Part shown: positions 1 to 9,300 of the stretch, one piece after another
How the letters are laid out: every line of letters begins with the position of its first letter
Position numbering within the stretch: the stretch's first letter is position 1
NCBI GenBank assembly: GCA_004552155.1
Contig: SFPF01000025.1
Span: 1-61,165, forward strand
Direction of reading: 5' to 3'
Length of the DNA: 61,165 nucleotides
Origin: Bacteroidales bacterium
GTDB lineage: Bacteria > Bacteroidota > Bacteroidia > Bacteroidales > Bacteroidaceae
Translations under genes and position numbers: made by a program
The notes under the pieces: generated by a model
Seen by the model: the letters and a program-made list of their open reading frames with translations, nothing else
Told to the model about the DNA's origin: nothing
The model's database searches: none

Positions 1-1
1 C

Positions 2-253
2 TTTCAGGGACAGAATGTCCGTCTCGTCCACAGAGACGGTGACGGTCATGCTTTCGCCGGGGTCAAGGGTGGCCAGGGCGGTGTCCGTCAAAGGATCGGT
101 GCCTACGGTCAGGTCGTCCAGGGATACCAGGGTTTCCAGGGTGCCGGACTGCTCGGCCACCAGGCCGCCGTCCTTGTAGAGCTTTACCAGCTTCTGGTAC
201 AGCTCCTCGTAATCCTTCCGGTCCGCCAGCAGTTGGTCATATTCGGCGGTATC
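2..253 (-). CDS. Internal fragment of a HlyD/efflux periplasmic adaptor-like protein, probably foreign (runs off the window edge)
   Basis: Stop-free frame DTAEYDQLLADRKDYEELYQKL...ESMTVTVSVDETDILSLK. The VxVDExDI motif resembles membrane-fusion proteins. Leu is mostly CTG, unlike the CTC-rich neighbours. Confidence 0.5.
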
Positions 254-1447
254 GCCGTGGTGAAGCACCACGACGGCTTCTGCCTCTGGCCCACGGAAAC
301 GACCACGCACAACGTGACAGCCTCCGGCAACGACTTCGGACGCAACACCAACATTCCCCGCGATTTCGCCGCTGCAGCAAAGGAACTCGGCATGAAATAC
401 GGCTTCTACATCTCTCCGTGGGACCGCAACAGCGTACACTACGGAACGGATAAATATGTAAAGGACGTCTTTTTGAAGCAGTGCGCCGAGTTGGCGCAAT
501 ATGGCACCGACCAGTTCGAGATGTGGTTCGACGGTGCTAACGGCGGCTCGGGCTACTATGGCGGCCGCAACACGACGGTCAACGTGGACCGCTCCACTTA
601 CTACGACGTGCCCAACCTCCGCGACAGCGTGCATAAGGTTTGCCCCGACTGCGTGCTTTGGGGCGTGGGCGGCGAAGCCCGCTGGATCGGCAACGAAGCC
701 GGCTGGGCAGGCGAAACCAACTGGAGCACCGAGAACCGCGACTATGCGGGCGAGAACAACGGCATGTACGGCACGGAAGGCGGCTGGTTCTGGCTGCCCG
801 GCGAGAGCGACGCCAAGGCTACTAATCGGGGCTGGTTCTACCACGACGGCGAAGCGCCCCTCACGCCCGAGCGCCTCTTCCAGATGTATCTCGAAACCGT
901 GGGACGCAACGCCACGCTCATTCTCAACATTCCGCCCAACAAGGCCGGCGTGCTGCCCGATGCTTCGGTGAACGCGCTCAAAGGCATGGGCGACCTCATC
1001 AAAGCACGACTCGGCAACGACCTCGCCAAGAACGCTACTATTGAAGTGAGCGAAACGCGCACCGCAGGCGCAGCCCGCAACTACGAAGCCGCCAACCTCA
1101 TCGACGGCAATAAGGAAACTTATTGGGCAACCAACGATGGCACGACTTCTGCTACGATTACCCTCACTTGGGACACGCCGCAGACCATTCGCTACGTGGA
1201 ACTTATGGAATATATTGCCAAGGGGCAGCGCGTGAAGGGTTTCAAGATTGAGACTTCCGCCAACGGCACGTCTTGGACGCAGAGAGCCACCAGCGTGCAA
1301 ACCACTACCGTGGGCTACAAACGCATCATTCCGCTCAACGGCAGCACCTCCTCGAGCTACGGAAGCGGCTACGAGGCCAAAGCCCTGCGCATCACCATCA
1401 GCGACAGCCGCGCCTGCCCGCTGCTGAGCAAGATAGGCGTTTATTAA
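233..1447 (+). CDS. Alpha-L-fucosidase (GH29) with C-terminal F5/8 type C domain, N-terminally truncated
   Basis: KHHDGFCLWPT, GFYISPWDRN, EMWFDGA, RWIGNEAG and TVGRNATLILNIPP motifs; LIDGNKETYWA discoidin motif. No signal peptide or N-terminus is present. Confidence 0.88.
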   Translation: MVIFGGIAVVKHHDGFCLWPTETTTHNVTASGNDFGRNTNIPRDFAAAAKELGMKYGFYISPWDRNSVHYGTDKYVKDVFLKQCAELAQYGTDQFEMWFDGANGGSGYYGGRNTTVNVDRSTYYDVPNLRDSVHKVCPDCVLWGVGGEARWIGNEAGWAGETNWSTENRDYAGENNGMYGTEGGWFWLPGESDAKATNRGWFYHDGEAPLTPERLFQMYLETVGRNATLILNIPPNKAGVLPDASVNALKGMGDLIKARLGNDLAKNATIEVSETRTAGAARNYEAANLIDGNKETYWATNDGTTSATITLTWDTPQTIRYVELMEYIAKGQRVKGFKIETSANGTSWTQRATSVQTTTVGYKRIIPLNGSTSSSYGSGYEAKALRITISDSRACPLLSKIGVY

Positions 1448-1513
1448 TATAAGATTGTCTCTATAGAAAATATTGACTTCTATAAAATATCATCTTTCAA
1501 AAAAGCAACAACC

Positions 1514-3598
1514 ATGAAACTCAAGCATATAATGGCACTCGCGGCACTCCTGCCCCTGCCTGCCTTGGCTCAGACCATTACTTTCGACACTGAGGACTAT
1601 GCCTCGCTCGGAGTCTACGACACTTGGGAAGCCTCGCCCTTCCGCACCGGCGCGCTGCAAGGCAACTACGCCGTTATCGACAACCACCTCAATCAAGTTG
1701 AGGAAATCCTCGGCACGGCCCCCAACCCCTCCGCTAAAATCCTTGCCGTGCAGCGTTCGCGCTTCGGCAGCAACACCTTCGGCGTGCGCGTCAATCTGAA
1801 AGAGCCCTTCGAGCTCACGCCCACGACCAAGTATATCCACCTGCTCATCAACCGCCCCTACGCCGGCCGCGTCATGGTGGTGGGTCTCGGCAAGCGCCGC
1901 GACCGCGCCGGGCAGTCGCCCGACACGGAGCAGTTCTGGGCCATGACCACTTCCAACGTGCCCGCCAACCGCTGGCAGGAAGTAGTGCTCGCTATTAAGG
2001 GCAACGGCGGCATCGACATAGGCAGCCTCGTCATTGTGCCCGACTGCGAATCGCCCCACGCCTACATCGCCGACGAGGTGTGCTATATCGACAAAATCGA
2101 AATCAACGACGACCCCACGGTAAGCATCTCTTACGACACTTATCCCGTGAACTTCGACAAGGGCCAGGCACCCACGCGTAACGACCGTTGGCTTAACTCC
2201 TTCTCGCTTAAAGCAGACAGCGAGACGCCCGTGTCATTCACGCTGCCCACCTCGCCCAAGCGCGTTTACTCTGATATGACAGAAAAGATGTTCTGCGCAA
2301 AGGCCGGACAGACCATTACCACAAACTTCTCTTACTCGGGTTCTTGGATGCACGGATATGTGTACATCGACCGCAACAGCAACGGTAAGTTCGAGGCTAA
2401 GGTGAACGACGACTACACGCGCCCCGAGGACAGCGAACTGATGGCCTATTCGTATTACGGTACAAACGATTCGGGAAAGAACTCTAACGGCGTAGCCCTC
2501 ACCGGCGCTGCCCGAGACGTGCTCAAGGTGGACTGGAACAGCGCAGACGCCGGCGGCAACCCCGCCCCCGACCAGCTCATCACCGCCAACGGCGGCAACA
2601 TTGTGGACATTCTCCTCAACGTCCACGGCGACTACTGCTCCGTGAGCGATGCCAACCGCAACGGCGAAGTGCTCACGGCCGACGGACAGAAGCTCAACAG
2701 CTTCCAGGCACCCTTCGGGCAGCCCTTCACCATCAAGATGAACCCCGAGAACGGCTTTGAATACGCCGGCATCATCGTGAAGCACGGCTACAACCTCAGC
2801 GGCGACAGCCTTGTAAACGGCAACGTGCAGTGGAAGAAAGTGCGCTACAGCCGCGCGCTCTTCAACGAGAGCGACGAATTTACCATTCCCGCAGAATGCA
2901 TGGACGGCACGGTCGAGATTGAGGGCCTCTTCATCGAACAGGGCACGTACCACGAGCCGACCCGCTACATCACGACCATTGTAACCGATGAGGCTTTTGC
3001 CGACACCACTTCCTGGTACACCATTCAAATCGGTACAGACGGTTATGTGCTGGCCGATAACGGCAGTGCCTCTTACATCGCGCTCAACAATTCGGAAATC
3101 GACATTGAAAATCCCGCCCACCTGTGGTGCTTCACGGGCAACGAAAACGTTGGCTACAACCTTTACAACAAGCAGGCAGGCCCTACGAAAGTGCTCGCCG
3201 CGCCCACTACGATGACCGGCACGACGGGCGGCACGTCCTATCCTGTGATGAAGGAGAAAAGCAACCTGCCCACCGGCTACACCGCCACGTGGCGCTTTAT
3301 GGACTCCAACAGCCTCGGATCGACGGGCAACGCCTACGCTTACATGTACGAGGACGGCTATGAAGCCAACAAGGTGAATAATCGCGACAGCAAGCTCGCC
3401 TTTTGGACGGGCGGCCAGGACGCCGGCTCTACGCTCCGCATCTTTTTCGCCTGCAAGGACGGCACGGAAAGCGGCATTCGCGAACTGACCGCCGCACCCA
3501 CGGCTGAAGGAAAGGCCTACGACCTTAGCGGCCGCCGCGTCAGTAACCCTCAAAAGGGCATCTATATTATAGACAATAAATTAGTGTATAAGAAATAG
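1514..3598 (+). CDS. Secreted GEVED-domain protein with Prevotella-type T9SS C-terminal tail
   Basis: Signal peptide; GSWMHGYVYIDRNSNGKF...KVDWNS (GEVED-like, apparently shortened near 2524); C-terminal YDLSGRRVSNPQKGIYII. Confidence 0.7.
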   Translation: MKLKHIMALAALLPLPALAQTITFDTEDYASLGVYDTWEASPFRTGALQGNYAVIDNHLNQVEEILGTAPNPSAKILAVQRSRFGSNTFGVRVNLKEPFELTPTTKYIHLLINRPYAGRVMVVGLGKRRDRAGQSPDTEQFWAMTTSNVPANRWQEVVLAIKGNGGIDIGSLVIVPDCESPHAYIADEVCYIDKIEINDDPTVSISYDTYPVNFDKGQAPTRNDRWLNSFSLKADSETPVSFTLPTSPKRVYSDMTEKMFCAKAGQTITTNFSYSGSWMHGYVYIDRNSNGKFEAKVNDDYTRPEDSELMAYSYYGTNDSGKNSNGVALTGAARDVLKVDWNSADAGGNPAPDQLITANGGNIVDILLNVHGDYCSVSDANRNGEVLTADGQKLNSFQAPFGQPFTIKMNPENGFEYAGIIVKHGYNLSGDSLVNGNVQWKKVRYSRALFNESDEFTIPAECMDGTVEIEGLFIEQGTYHEPTRYITTIVTDEAFADTTSWYTIQIGTDGYVLADNGSASYIALNNSEIDIENPAHLWCFTGNENVGYNLYNKQAGPTKVLAAPTTMTGTTGGTSYPVMKEKSNLPTGYTATWRFMDSNSLGSTGNAYAYMYEDGYEANKVNNRDSKLAFWTGGQDAGSTLRIFFACKDGTESGIRELTAAPTAEGKAYDLSGRRVSNPQKGIYIIDNKLVYKK

Positions 3599-3729
3599 TC
3601 AATGGGACATTAGGGCAATTCTTATCTGAAATCGTCCTAAAATTCCCTTTCTGCGTTTTATTTTCCGCCTTTTCGTGTGCTCTCTGCGCACGGAAAGGCG
3701 TTTTTTTTGCTTTTCACGTAGGAAACTTG

Positions 3730-3737
3730 TAACTTTG
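3730..3737 (+). promoter_or_regulatory. Bacteroidetes -7 promoter element (TAACTTTG) for amidase-mlaD
   Basis: Matches TAnnTTTG, 18 bp before the ATG at 3756. Confidence 0.55.
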
Positions 3738-3755
3738 CCCGAGTTTAGAGATATA

Positions 3756-5041
3756 ATGTACCAGTATTTCCGCACATATTTGCTGCTGCTCTGCACTTGC
3801 CTCGCCACCTCGCTCTTTGCAACCGGCGGCGGCGAGAAAAAGAGGTTTACGCTCGTCATCGACGCGGGCCACGGCGGACACGACGCCGGCGCCTGCGGCA
3901 AATATGGCAAGGAGAAGAATATCAACCTCAACGTTGCACTCGCTTTCGGCAAACTCGTGGAGAACAACTGCCCCGACGTGAAAGTGGTGTACACGCGCAA
4001 GAAGGATGTCTTCATTCCTTTGCAGCGCCGCGCCGACATCGCCAACAGCAACAAGGCCGACCTCTTCATTTCCATACACACCAACGCGCTGCCCGGCGGC
4101 AAAATCGCCTATGGCTCCGAGACCTACACGCTCGGTATCGCCCGCGCGGCCGCCAACCTCGAAGTAGCGAAGCGAGAAAACTCGGTCATCACCTACGAAA
4201 GCGACTATAAGACCACTTACGAGGGCTTCGACCCGAGCAAGGCCGAGAGTTACGTGATTTTCGAGTTTATGCAGGACCGCTACATGAAGCAGAGCGTAGA
4301 ACTGGCGCGGCAAATCCAGAAGAACTACGCTGCAGCAGGCCGACAGAATAAGGGCGTGCATCAGGCGGGCTTCCTCGTGCTGCGCAACACCACGATGCCC
4401 GCCGTGCTCACCGAACTGGGTTTCATCAGCACGCCGCAGGAAGAGAGTTACCTGACTTCCGACCGGGGCGTGCGCGAACTGAGCCGCAGCATCTACAACG
4501 GCTTCATCCCTACCGCAAGCAGCACGACAAAGCGGCCGCACCAGTAGCCCCTCTGCCCGCAGAGCCTAAAGACGATGCGCCGGCACCCGCCAAGGAAACG
4601 CCCAAACCGGCAGAACCGCCCGTGCAGCCCGTTCCCGCACAGCCGGACACCAAACCTGCCGAAACGCCCGACGCAACTGCGCCTTCCGAGAAAAGTAAGG
4701 GCATATTGCATACGCCCGATACCAGCAAGGAGCAAGCAGGCGAAGTGTCCGCTCCGAGCGAACCTGTCGCCGAGAACCACCCCGTCTTCAAGGTGCAAAT
4801 TCTCGTTTCAAGCACGAAACTCCCCGCCTCGTCGCCACGCTTCAAGAAGCAATCGCCGATAGATTGCTACCGCGACGGCAATTTCTACAAATACACCTGC
4901 GGCAGTTCCGCCAGCTATGCAGAGATGCGCAGCAAGCAAAAGAAGCTCTCCGTACTCTTCCCCGGCTGCTTCATCGTGGCGTTCCTGGGTGGCGAGCGCA
5001 TCGACCTCAACGCCGCACGAAACATGGCGAAAGGGAAATAA
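3756..5041 (+). CDS. N-acetylmuramoyl-L-alanine amidase (Amidase_3), frameshifted near 4510
   Basis: VIDAGHGGHD, EKNINL, ADLFISIHTNA and MPAVLTELGFIS motifs. One missing base near 4510 moves the Pro-rich linker and the C-terminal VFKVQI...AFLGGERI domain into ORF 4622..5041. Confidence 0.85.
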
Positions 5042-5071
5042 CACAACAACAGCAACTCAATTTTGCAGATT

Positions 5072-5920
5072 ATGAAATACTTTACCAAAGAGGTGAAAAT
5101 AGCCCTCACGGCCATCGTGGCAATCGTTTTGCTCTTCGTCGGCCTGAACTTTTTGAAAGGTATCAACGTGTTCCAAAGCACGCAGACCTACTTCGTGAAG
5201 TTTAAGGACATCAACGGCCTCGTGGTGTCGAACTCCGTGTTTGCCAACGGCTACCCCGTGGGCATCGTGCGCACCATCGACTACGACTACGAGCGCGGCG
5301 AGCACGTGGTGGTGGGCATTGAGGTAGACGACGACATGCGTATTCCCAACGGCACCCGCGCCGAACTGGAAGCGGAACTGATGGGCGGCGTGCGCATGAG
5401 CCTCGTGCTCGGTCCCAACCCAACGGACAACCTCGCCCCCGGCGATACAATCGGCGGCGCGTTCAAGCAGGGACTGATGACGAAGGCCGAAGACCTGTTG
5501 CCCGCCATTGAGAAAATGCTGCCGAAGCTCGACTCCATTATGGACAACCTCAACCGCCTCACGGGCGACCCCGCCTTGAAGCACACGCTCGCCAACGCCG
5601 AAGCCATGACGCAAATGCTCGGACGCTTCAACCGCGCCAGCGCAAACCTCGAAACGCTGTCGGCACGTCTGGCCGACGTGGACGTAGCAGCGACGATGAG
5701 CAGCGTAAACCAGACGCTCGACAGTGCGCAGCAGCTCATCGGCAAACTCGACACGAAGATGAGCAGCAAGGACAATACGCTCGGCCTCTTCCTCAACGAC
5801 CGTAGCGTCTACGAAAACCTCGATGCTACCCTTGCCCACGCCGACTCTCTGATGATTGACCTCAAAGCGCACCCCAAGCGCTACGTCCATTTCTCCGTAT
5901 TTGGGAAAAAGGATAAGTAA
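5072..5920 (+). CDS. MlaD/MCE family protein
   Basis: KEVKIA N-terminus, TM helix, GLVVSNSVFANGYPVGIV MCE motif, C-terminal DLKAHPKRYVHFSVFG. Confidence 0.88.
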   Translation: MKYFTKEVKIALTAIVAIVLLFVGLNFLKGINVFQSTQTYFVKFKDINGLVVSNSVFANGYPVGIVRTIDYDYERGEHVVVGIEVDDDMRIPNGTRAELEAELMGGVRMSLVLGPNPTDNLAPGDTIGGAFKQGLMTKAEDLLPAIEKMLPKLDSIMDNLNRLTGDPALKHTLANAEAMTQMLGRFNRASANLETLSARLADVDVAATMSSVNQTLDSAQQLIGKLDTKMSSKDNTLGLFLNDRSVYENLDATLAHADSLMIDLKAHPKRYVHFSVFGKKDK

Positions 5921-5978
5921 AAAGCCTTTCTGAAAAACATAAATACGGGCATCGGCAACGTTTGCCCAGCCCCATTCC

Positions 5979-6015
5979 ACGAGGGTGTGCCATATTGGCG
6001 CACCCTCGTTTATTT
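5979..6015 (+). terminator. Putative intrinsic terminator after mlaD
   Basis: ACGAGGGTGTGCCA-TAT-TGGCGCACCCTCGT hairpin followed by T-rich sequence. Confidence 0.55.
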
Positions 6016-6108
6016 TGGGCGGGCTGTAATTTCAGCCCGCCCCTAACCCGTAAACCGCACTTATAACAAGGCTCTTCCTGTATACTATCCGGCCTTCATT
6101 TTCACCAA

Positions 6109-6341
6109 GATATTTTTCATTTCCTCCGAGGAATTTTTTCCTATCTGCCTCACATTTTTCACGCTCTGCGCAGAAAAAGTTTGTTACAAAGTTTGTAATA
6201 TGTATTACAAAGTTTCTAACATGTGTTACAAAGTTTGTAACGCTTGTTACAAACTTTGTAATAAAAACTGTCATATAGGATAGTAAAAAATATTAGGCGG
6301 ATAGTGAAAAATATCAGGCAGATAATAAGAAATAGCAGCGT
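6109..6341. repeat. 21-bp-period symmetric element, copy A
   Basis: Four cores TRTTACAAA(G/C)TTT(G/C)TAA at 6182, 6203, 6224 and 6245, flanked by inverted degenerate 21-mers (~GATAGTGAAAAATATCAGGCA). Confidence 0.9.
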
Positions 6342-6423
6342 GAAACTTTTTCATATATGCGCATTTTGTTGGAGAATATTGTATATTTGCATTTGCATAA
6401 TAAAGACAACCCTAACTTATACC

Positions 6424-6909
6424 ATGAACAAACGAAACCAACGCTTAGAGCTGTTGCGCGTCATACTGGAAAATCAGGCATTGGCCGGTCAGGAGGAGAT
6501 CTTGGCAGAACTCCGCAAGCACGGAGTTGAGGTGACGCAGGCCACCCTCTCGCGAGATTTGACCAAACTCCATGCTGTGAAGACGCTCGACCGCAACGGT
6601 TACCGCTATGTGTTGCCGCAGAGCACGCTTTATAGCCATGTAGTGGAGCCGAAAATCATTCCCGAATTTCTGCGCAACAGCGGATTTACACAAATCACCT
6701 TTTCAGGCTCGCTCGCCGTGCTCCACACGCGCTCGGGCTATGCAGCCGGCCTTGCCTCCGACATCGACAGCCACCATTTGCCCAGTGTGGCGGGCACCAT
6801 TGCCGGCGACGACACCATTCTGCTCGTAACCTCCGAGGGCAGCACCCGCCAGCAGCTCATCGACGAAGTGGCCACGATTATCCCCGCCGTCAAGAGCGTT
6901 TTGCTATAA
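6424..6909 (+). CDS. argR: Arginine repressor
   Basis: [17 protein letters not shown] and [12 protein letters not shown] motifs; TATATTTG promoter element at 6382. Confidence 0.92.
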   Translation: MNKRNQRLELLRVILENQALAGQEEILAELRKHGVEVTQATLSRDLTKLHAVKTLDRNGYRYVLPQSTLYSHVVEPKIIPEFLRNSGFTQITFSGSLAVLHTRSGYAAGLASDIDSHHLPSVAGTIAGDDTILLVTSEGSTRQQLIDEVATIIPAVKSVLL

Positions 6910-6926
6910 ACCATAAAGTAACTACC

Positions 6927-7130
6927 ATGACCGTTCAAAAACGACTTTACCGCAGCGCGACCGACCGCAAGATCTTCGGGATTTGCGGCGGCGTGGCAGA
7001 CTATTTCGACATCGACCCTACCATTGTGCGTCTCGCGCTGGTGCTACTCTGCTTCATCACGGCCTTTATCCCCGTGACGCTGGGCTATGTCATCTCCGCA
7101 CTAATTGTGCCCGATGCACCCCGCTGCTAA
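6927..7130 (+). CDS. PspC domain protein
   Basis: KRLYRSATDRKIFGICGGVADYFDIDPTIVRL followed by a TM segment. Confidence 0.88.
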   Translation: MTVQKRLYRSATDRKIFGICGGVADYFDIDPTIVRLALVLLCFITAFIPVTLGYVISALIVPDAPRC

Positions 7131-7273
7131 CGGAGCAGGAATAGAATGAAAAACGACTTTTGTGCGAGGAAATTCTAAAAAAATCGCAGAAAGGCTTTGC
7201 AGTTTCAGAAAACTGCCGTAAATTTGCAGTCGAAAATCAGAACGGGGTGCGTTCTGATGAATAATTGAAAGTT

Positions 7274-7345
7274 TGGGGTATGGTGTAATTGGCAACACTA
7301 CAGATTCTGGTCCTGTCTTTCCTGGTTCGAGTCCGGGTACCCCAA
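7274..7345 (+). tRNA. tRNA-Gln (CTG)
   Basis: Acceptor stem TGGGGTA/TACCCCA, anticodon loop TTCTGGT, T-loop GGTTCGAGTCC. Confidence 0.93.
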
Positions 7346-7350
7346 CAAGA

Positions 7351-7388
7351 AAAAGGTTTGCAACTTTCGTTGCAAACCTTTTTCTTTT
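7351..7388. terminator. Bidirectional terminator between tRNA-Gln and dnaA
   Basis: AAAAAGGTTTGCAAC-TTTC-GTTGCAAACCTTTTT between convergent genes. Confidence 0.75.
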
Positions 7389-7408
7389 ATCTATGCCCGG
7401 GAGAGCGT

Positions 7409-8756
7409 CTATCGTTTCAGTTTCGCCTCGATTTCTTCCAAGGTGCGGCGATAGTCCTTCACGGTAGAGAGGTCCTTGGTCACTTGATTGCAAGAATAAA
7501 TAATGGTGGAATGGTCGCGCCCGCCAAACCGCTGCCCGATTTGCAGGTAGGGCATGTCGGTGTATTTATGGCAAAGGAAAATGGCAAGTTGGCGAGCGCG
7601 CACAATCGCCTGCTTGCGGCTCTTGGAGATAAGGTCCTTCGCTTTGAGCGAGAAGTGCTGCGCCACAGTCTGTATGATGTCGTCGGCCGTAAGCTGCTTC
7701 TTTTCCAGATTGACGGCGCGGGCCACTACCCGCTCGGCCAGAGCGAGGTCTATGTCGCAGTTGTCCACCACGGAATAGGCCATGATGGAATTGACGATGC
7801 CTTCCAGTTCGCGCACGCTGCTCTCCACATTCTTGGCAATGAACGAAACCATGTTTTCGGGGAAAGTCAGTCCGTCGCGCTTGATTTTGGAGCGCAAGAT
7901 GTCGCGGCGCAACTTCACGTCGGGGCGTTCCATCTCTGCCACCATGCCCCATTTGAAGCGTGTGAGCATGCGCTCCTCGATGCCCTCGAAGAGCACGGGC
8001 GGGCGGTCGCAGGTGATGACGATTTGCCGGTTGTTCTGCTGCAAATGGTTGAAGATGTGGAAAAATGCTAGCTGCGTCTTGGCCGTCGTGATTTCCTGAT
8101 CGATAATCAGGACATCGATGGTCTGATAGAAGTTGATGAAATCGTTTTGCGTGTTCTTGCGCACCGACTCCGTGTATTGCGTCTTGAACACGTGCGCCGA
8201 GACGAAGAGCACGCGCATCTCAGGGTGCTGTTGCTTGGTGCGCACGCCGATGGCATTGGCGAGATGTGTCTTTCCCACGCCCGAAGGTCCGTAGAGGAAG
8301 AAGGGGTTGAAGCTGCCGCGACCGGGATTTTCGGATATGTTAAGCCCCACGGAGCGCGAAAGGCGGTTGGCTTCGCCTTCAAGGAAGTTGTCGAACGTAT
8401 ATGAGGGGTTGAGGTTCGGGTCGAGGGGCAGCACGCGGCGCGTCTGCGGCGTAATGACCTCCTGCTTATTTTCCCGCGCTTGCAGTTCGCGTTCGCGTTC
8501 GGAGTTGCCGCCGGCTTCGGGGTTCACAACCTGATAGTGCAGCCGCGCCGACGGACCGTAAGCCTGCGCCAACGCGCTTTTCAACTCGCCAGCAAAGCGC
8601 TGTGAAGAAGCGATTAGGCACACCGACAAACAGTTCGCCATTGGCGAACCGTATCATCTTCAAAACGCTGAACCAAGTGCTGAAATCTTGCGGCGACACT
8701 TGGTTGCGTAGGCAGTCCAGAAACAGCTGCCATTTAGGATCGGGTGTGTCGGCCAT
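7409..8756 (-). CDS. dnaA: Chromosomal replication initiator DnaA (frameshift near 8600; Walker B shortened near 8100)
   Basis: N-terminal FSTWFS..VPNRFF in ORF 8466..8756; LNPSYTFDNF, GPSGVGKTHL and GGRDHSTIIYS in ORF 7409..8641. Confidence 0.93.
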
Positions 8757-8780
8757 CGAAAATGATTATAGGTTTCTTTG

Positions 8781-8958
8781 TTAGTAGACGAGTAGACAAG
8801 TAAACGAGTATACGAGACAGAGAAGTCTTGCTATACAATATATATAAGTAACTTGTCTTGTTTCTTTGAGATTTTCGGCTGCGCTCGGCAATATGAGCAA
8901 GCTCTATTGCACTCGCTTGCACGAAAATTTCCTGTCTACTCGTTTACTTGTTTACTAA
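8781..8958. repeat. Octamer-armed inverted-repeat element, copy 1 (right arm interrupted by a hairpin element)
   Basis: TTAGTAGACGAGTAGACAAGTAAACGAG...GAGACAGAGAAGTCTTG...AGTAACTTGTCTTG...GTCTACTCGTTTACTTGTTTACTAA. Confidence 0.85.
8868..8931. repeat. ~64 bp covarying hairpin element, copy 1
   Basis: GAGATTTTCG-GCTGCGCTCGGCAA-TATGAGC-AA-GCTCTA-TTGCACTCGCTTGCA-CGAAAATTTC. Confidence 0.75.
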
Positions 8959-9300
8959 ATAGGTTAACTGCAAAGAGTGTGTGCTATTGGGAATGCAAAT
9001 TTCCATTTTTTTTTTGATATTTCCAACATTTGCAGTTCCAAAATCTGCCCCTTTCTTAGCAGCAAATAGGCAAAACGGACAGGAAAGCCCTTTCAACGCT
9101 CACGGGATGAGGAGGTTGTAAAATATGGTTTTTATTAAAATATTTTTTGAGTTCCGAGCGGTCCCCAGAGAAACGGATGGCGGGCGAAAACGGCGTGTTT
9201 CACATAAGACACGCCGCCCGCGTTTGGGCATTTGAGGCGTAATTATTAAATTTGCACCTAAGATAATGATATTATTCCATTCTGTAAAAGATACAATCCC

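Noticed and set aside
6182..6265. 21-bp arrays as CRISPR or guide-RNA arrays
   Set aside because: Units abut with only a few variable bases, there are no unique spacers, and no cas-like genes are present.
6032..6274. Heptad-repeat ORFs (FVTKFVT.../CYKVCNT...) here and at 18157, 18167, 33067, 54858 and 54888
   Set aside because: They are translations of the palindromic DNA repeat, appear on both strands and have inconsistent starts and stops.
6350..6405. ARG boxes upstream of argR
   Set aside because: Only weak GCATA/TATGC half-site matches in AT-rich DNA; not supportable without alignment.
7273..7467. ORFs overlapping tRNA-Gln (and 10111..10569 / 10401..10751 over tRNA-Pro)
   Set aside because: Spurious translations across tRNA genes.
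8590..8610. Programmed ribosomal frameshifting in dnaA, uvrA or ftsH
   Set aside because: Conserved residues appear to be missing at the junctions, which indicates deletion rather than slippage, and no slippery heptamer is evident.
8757..9300. oriC next to dnaA
   Set aside because: I found no cluster of TTATCCACA-like DnaA boxes by eye; the interval is explained by repeats and divergent promoters.
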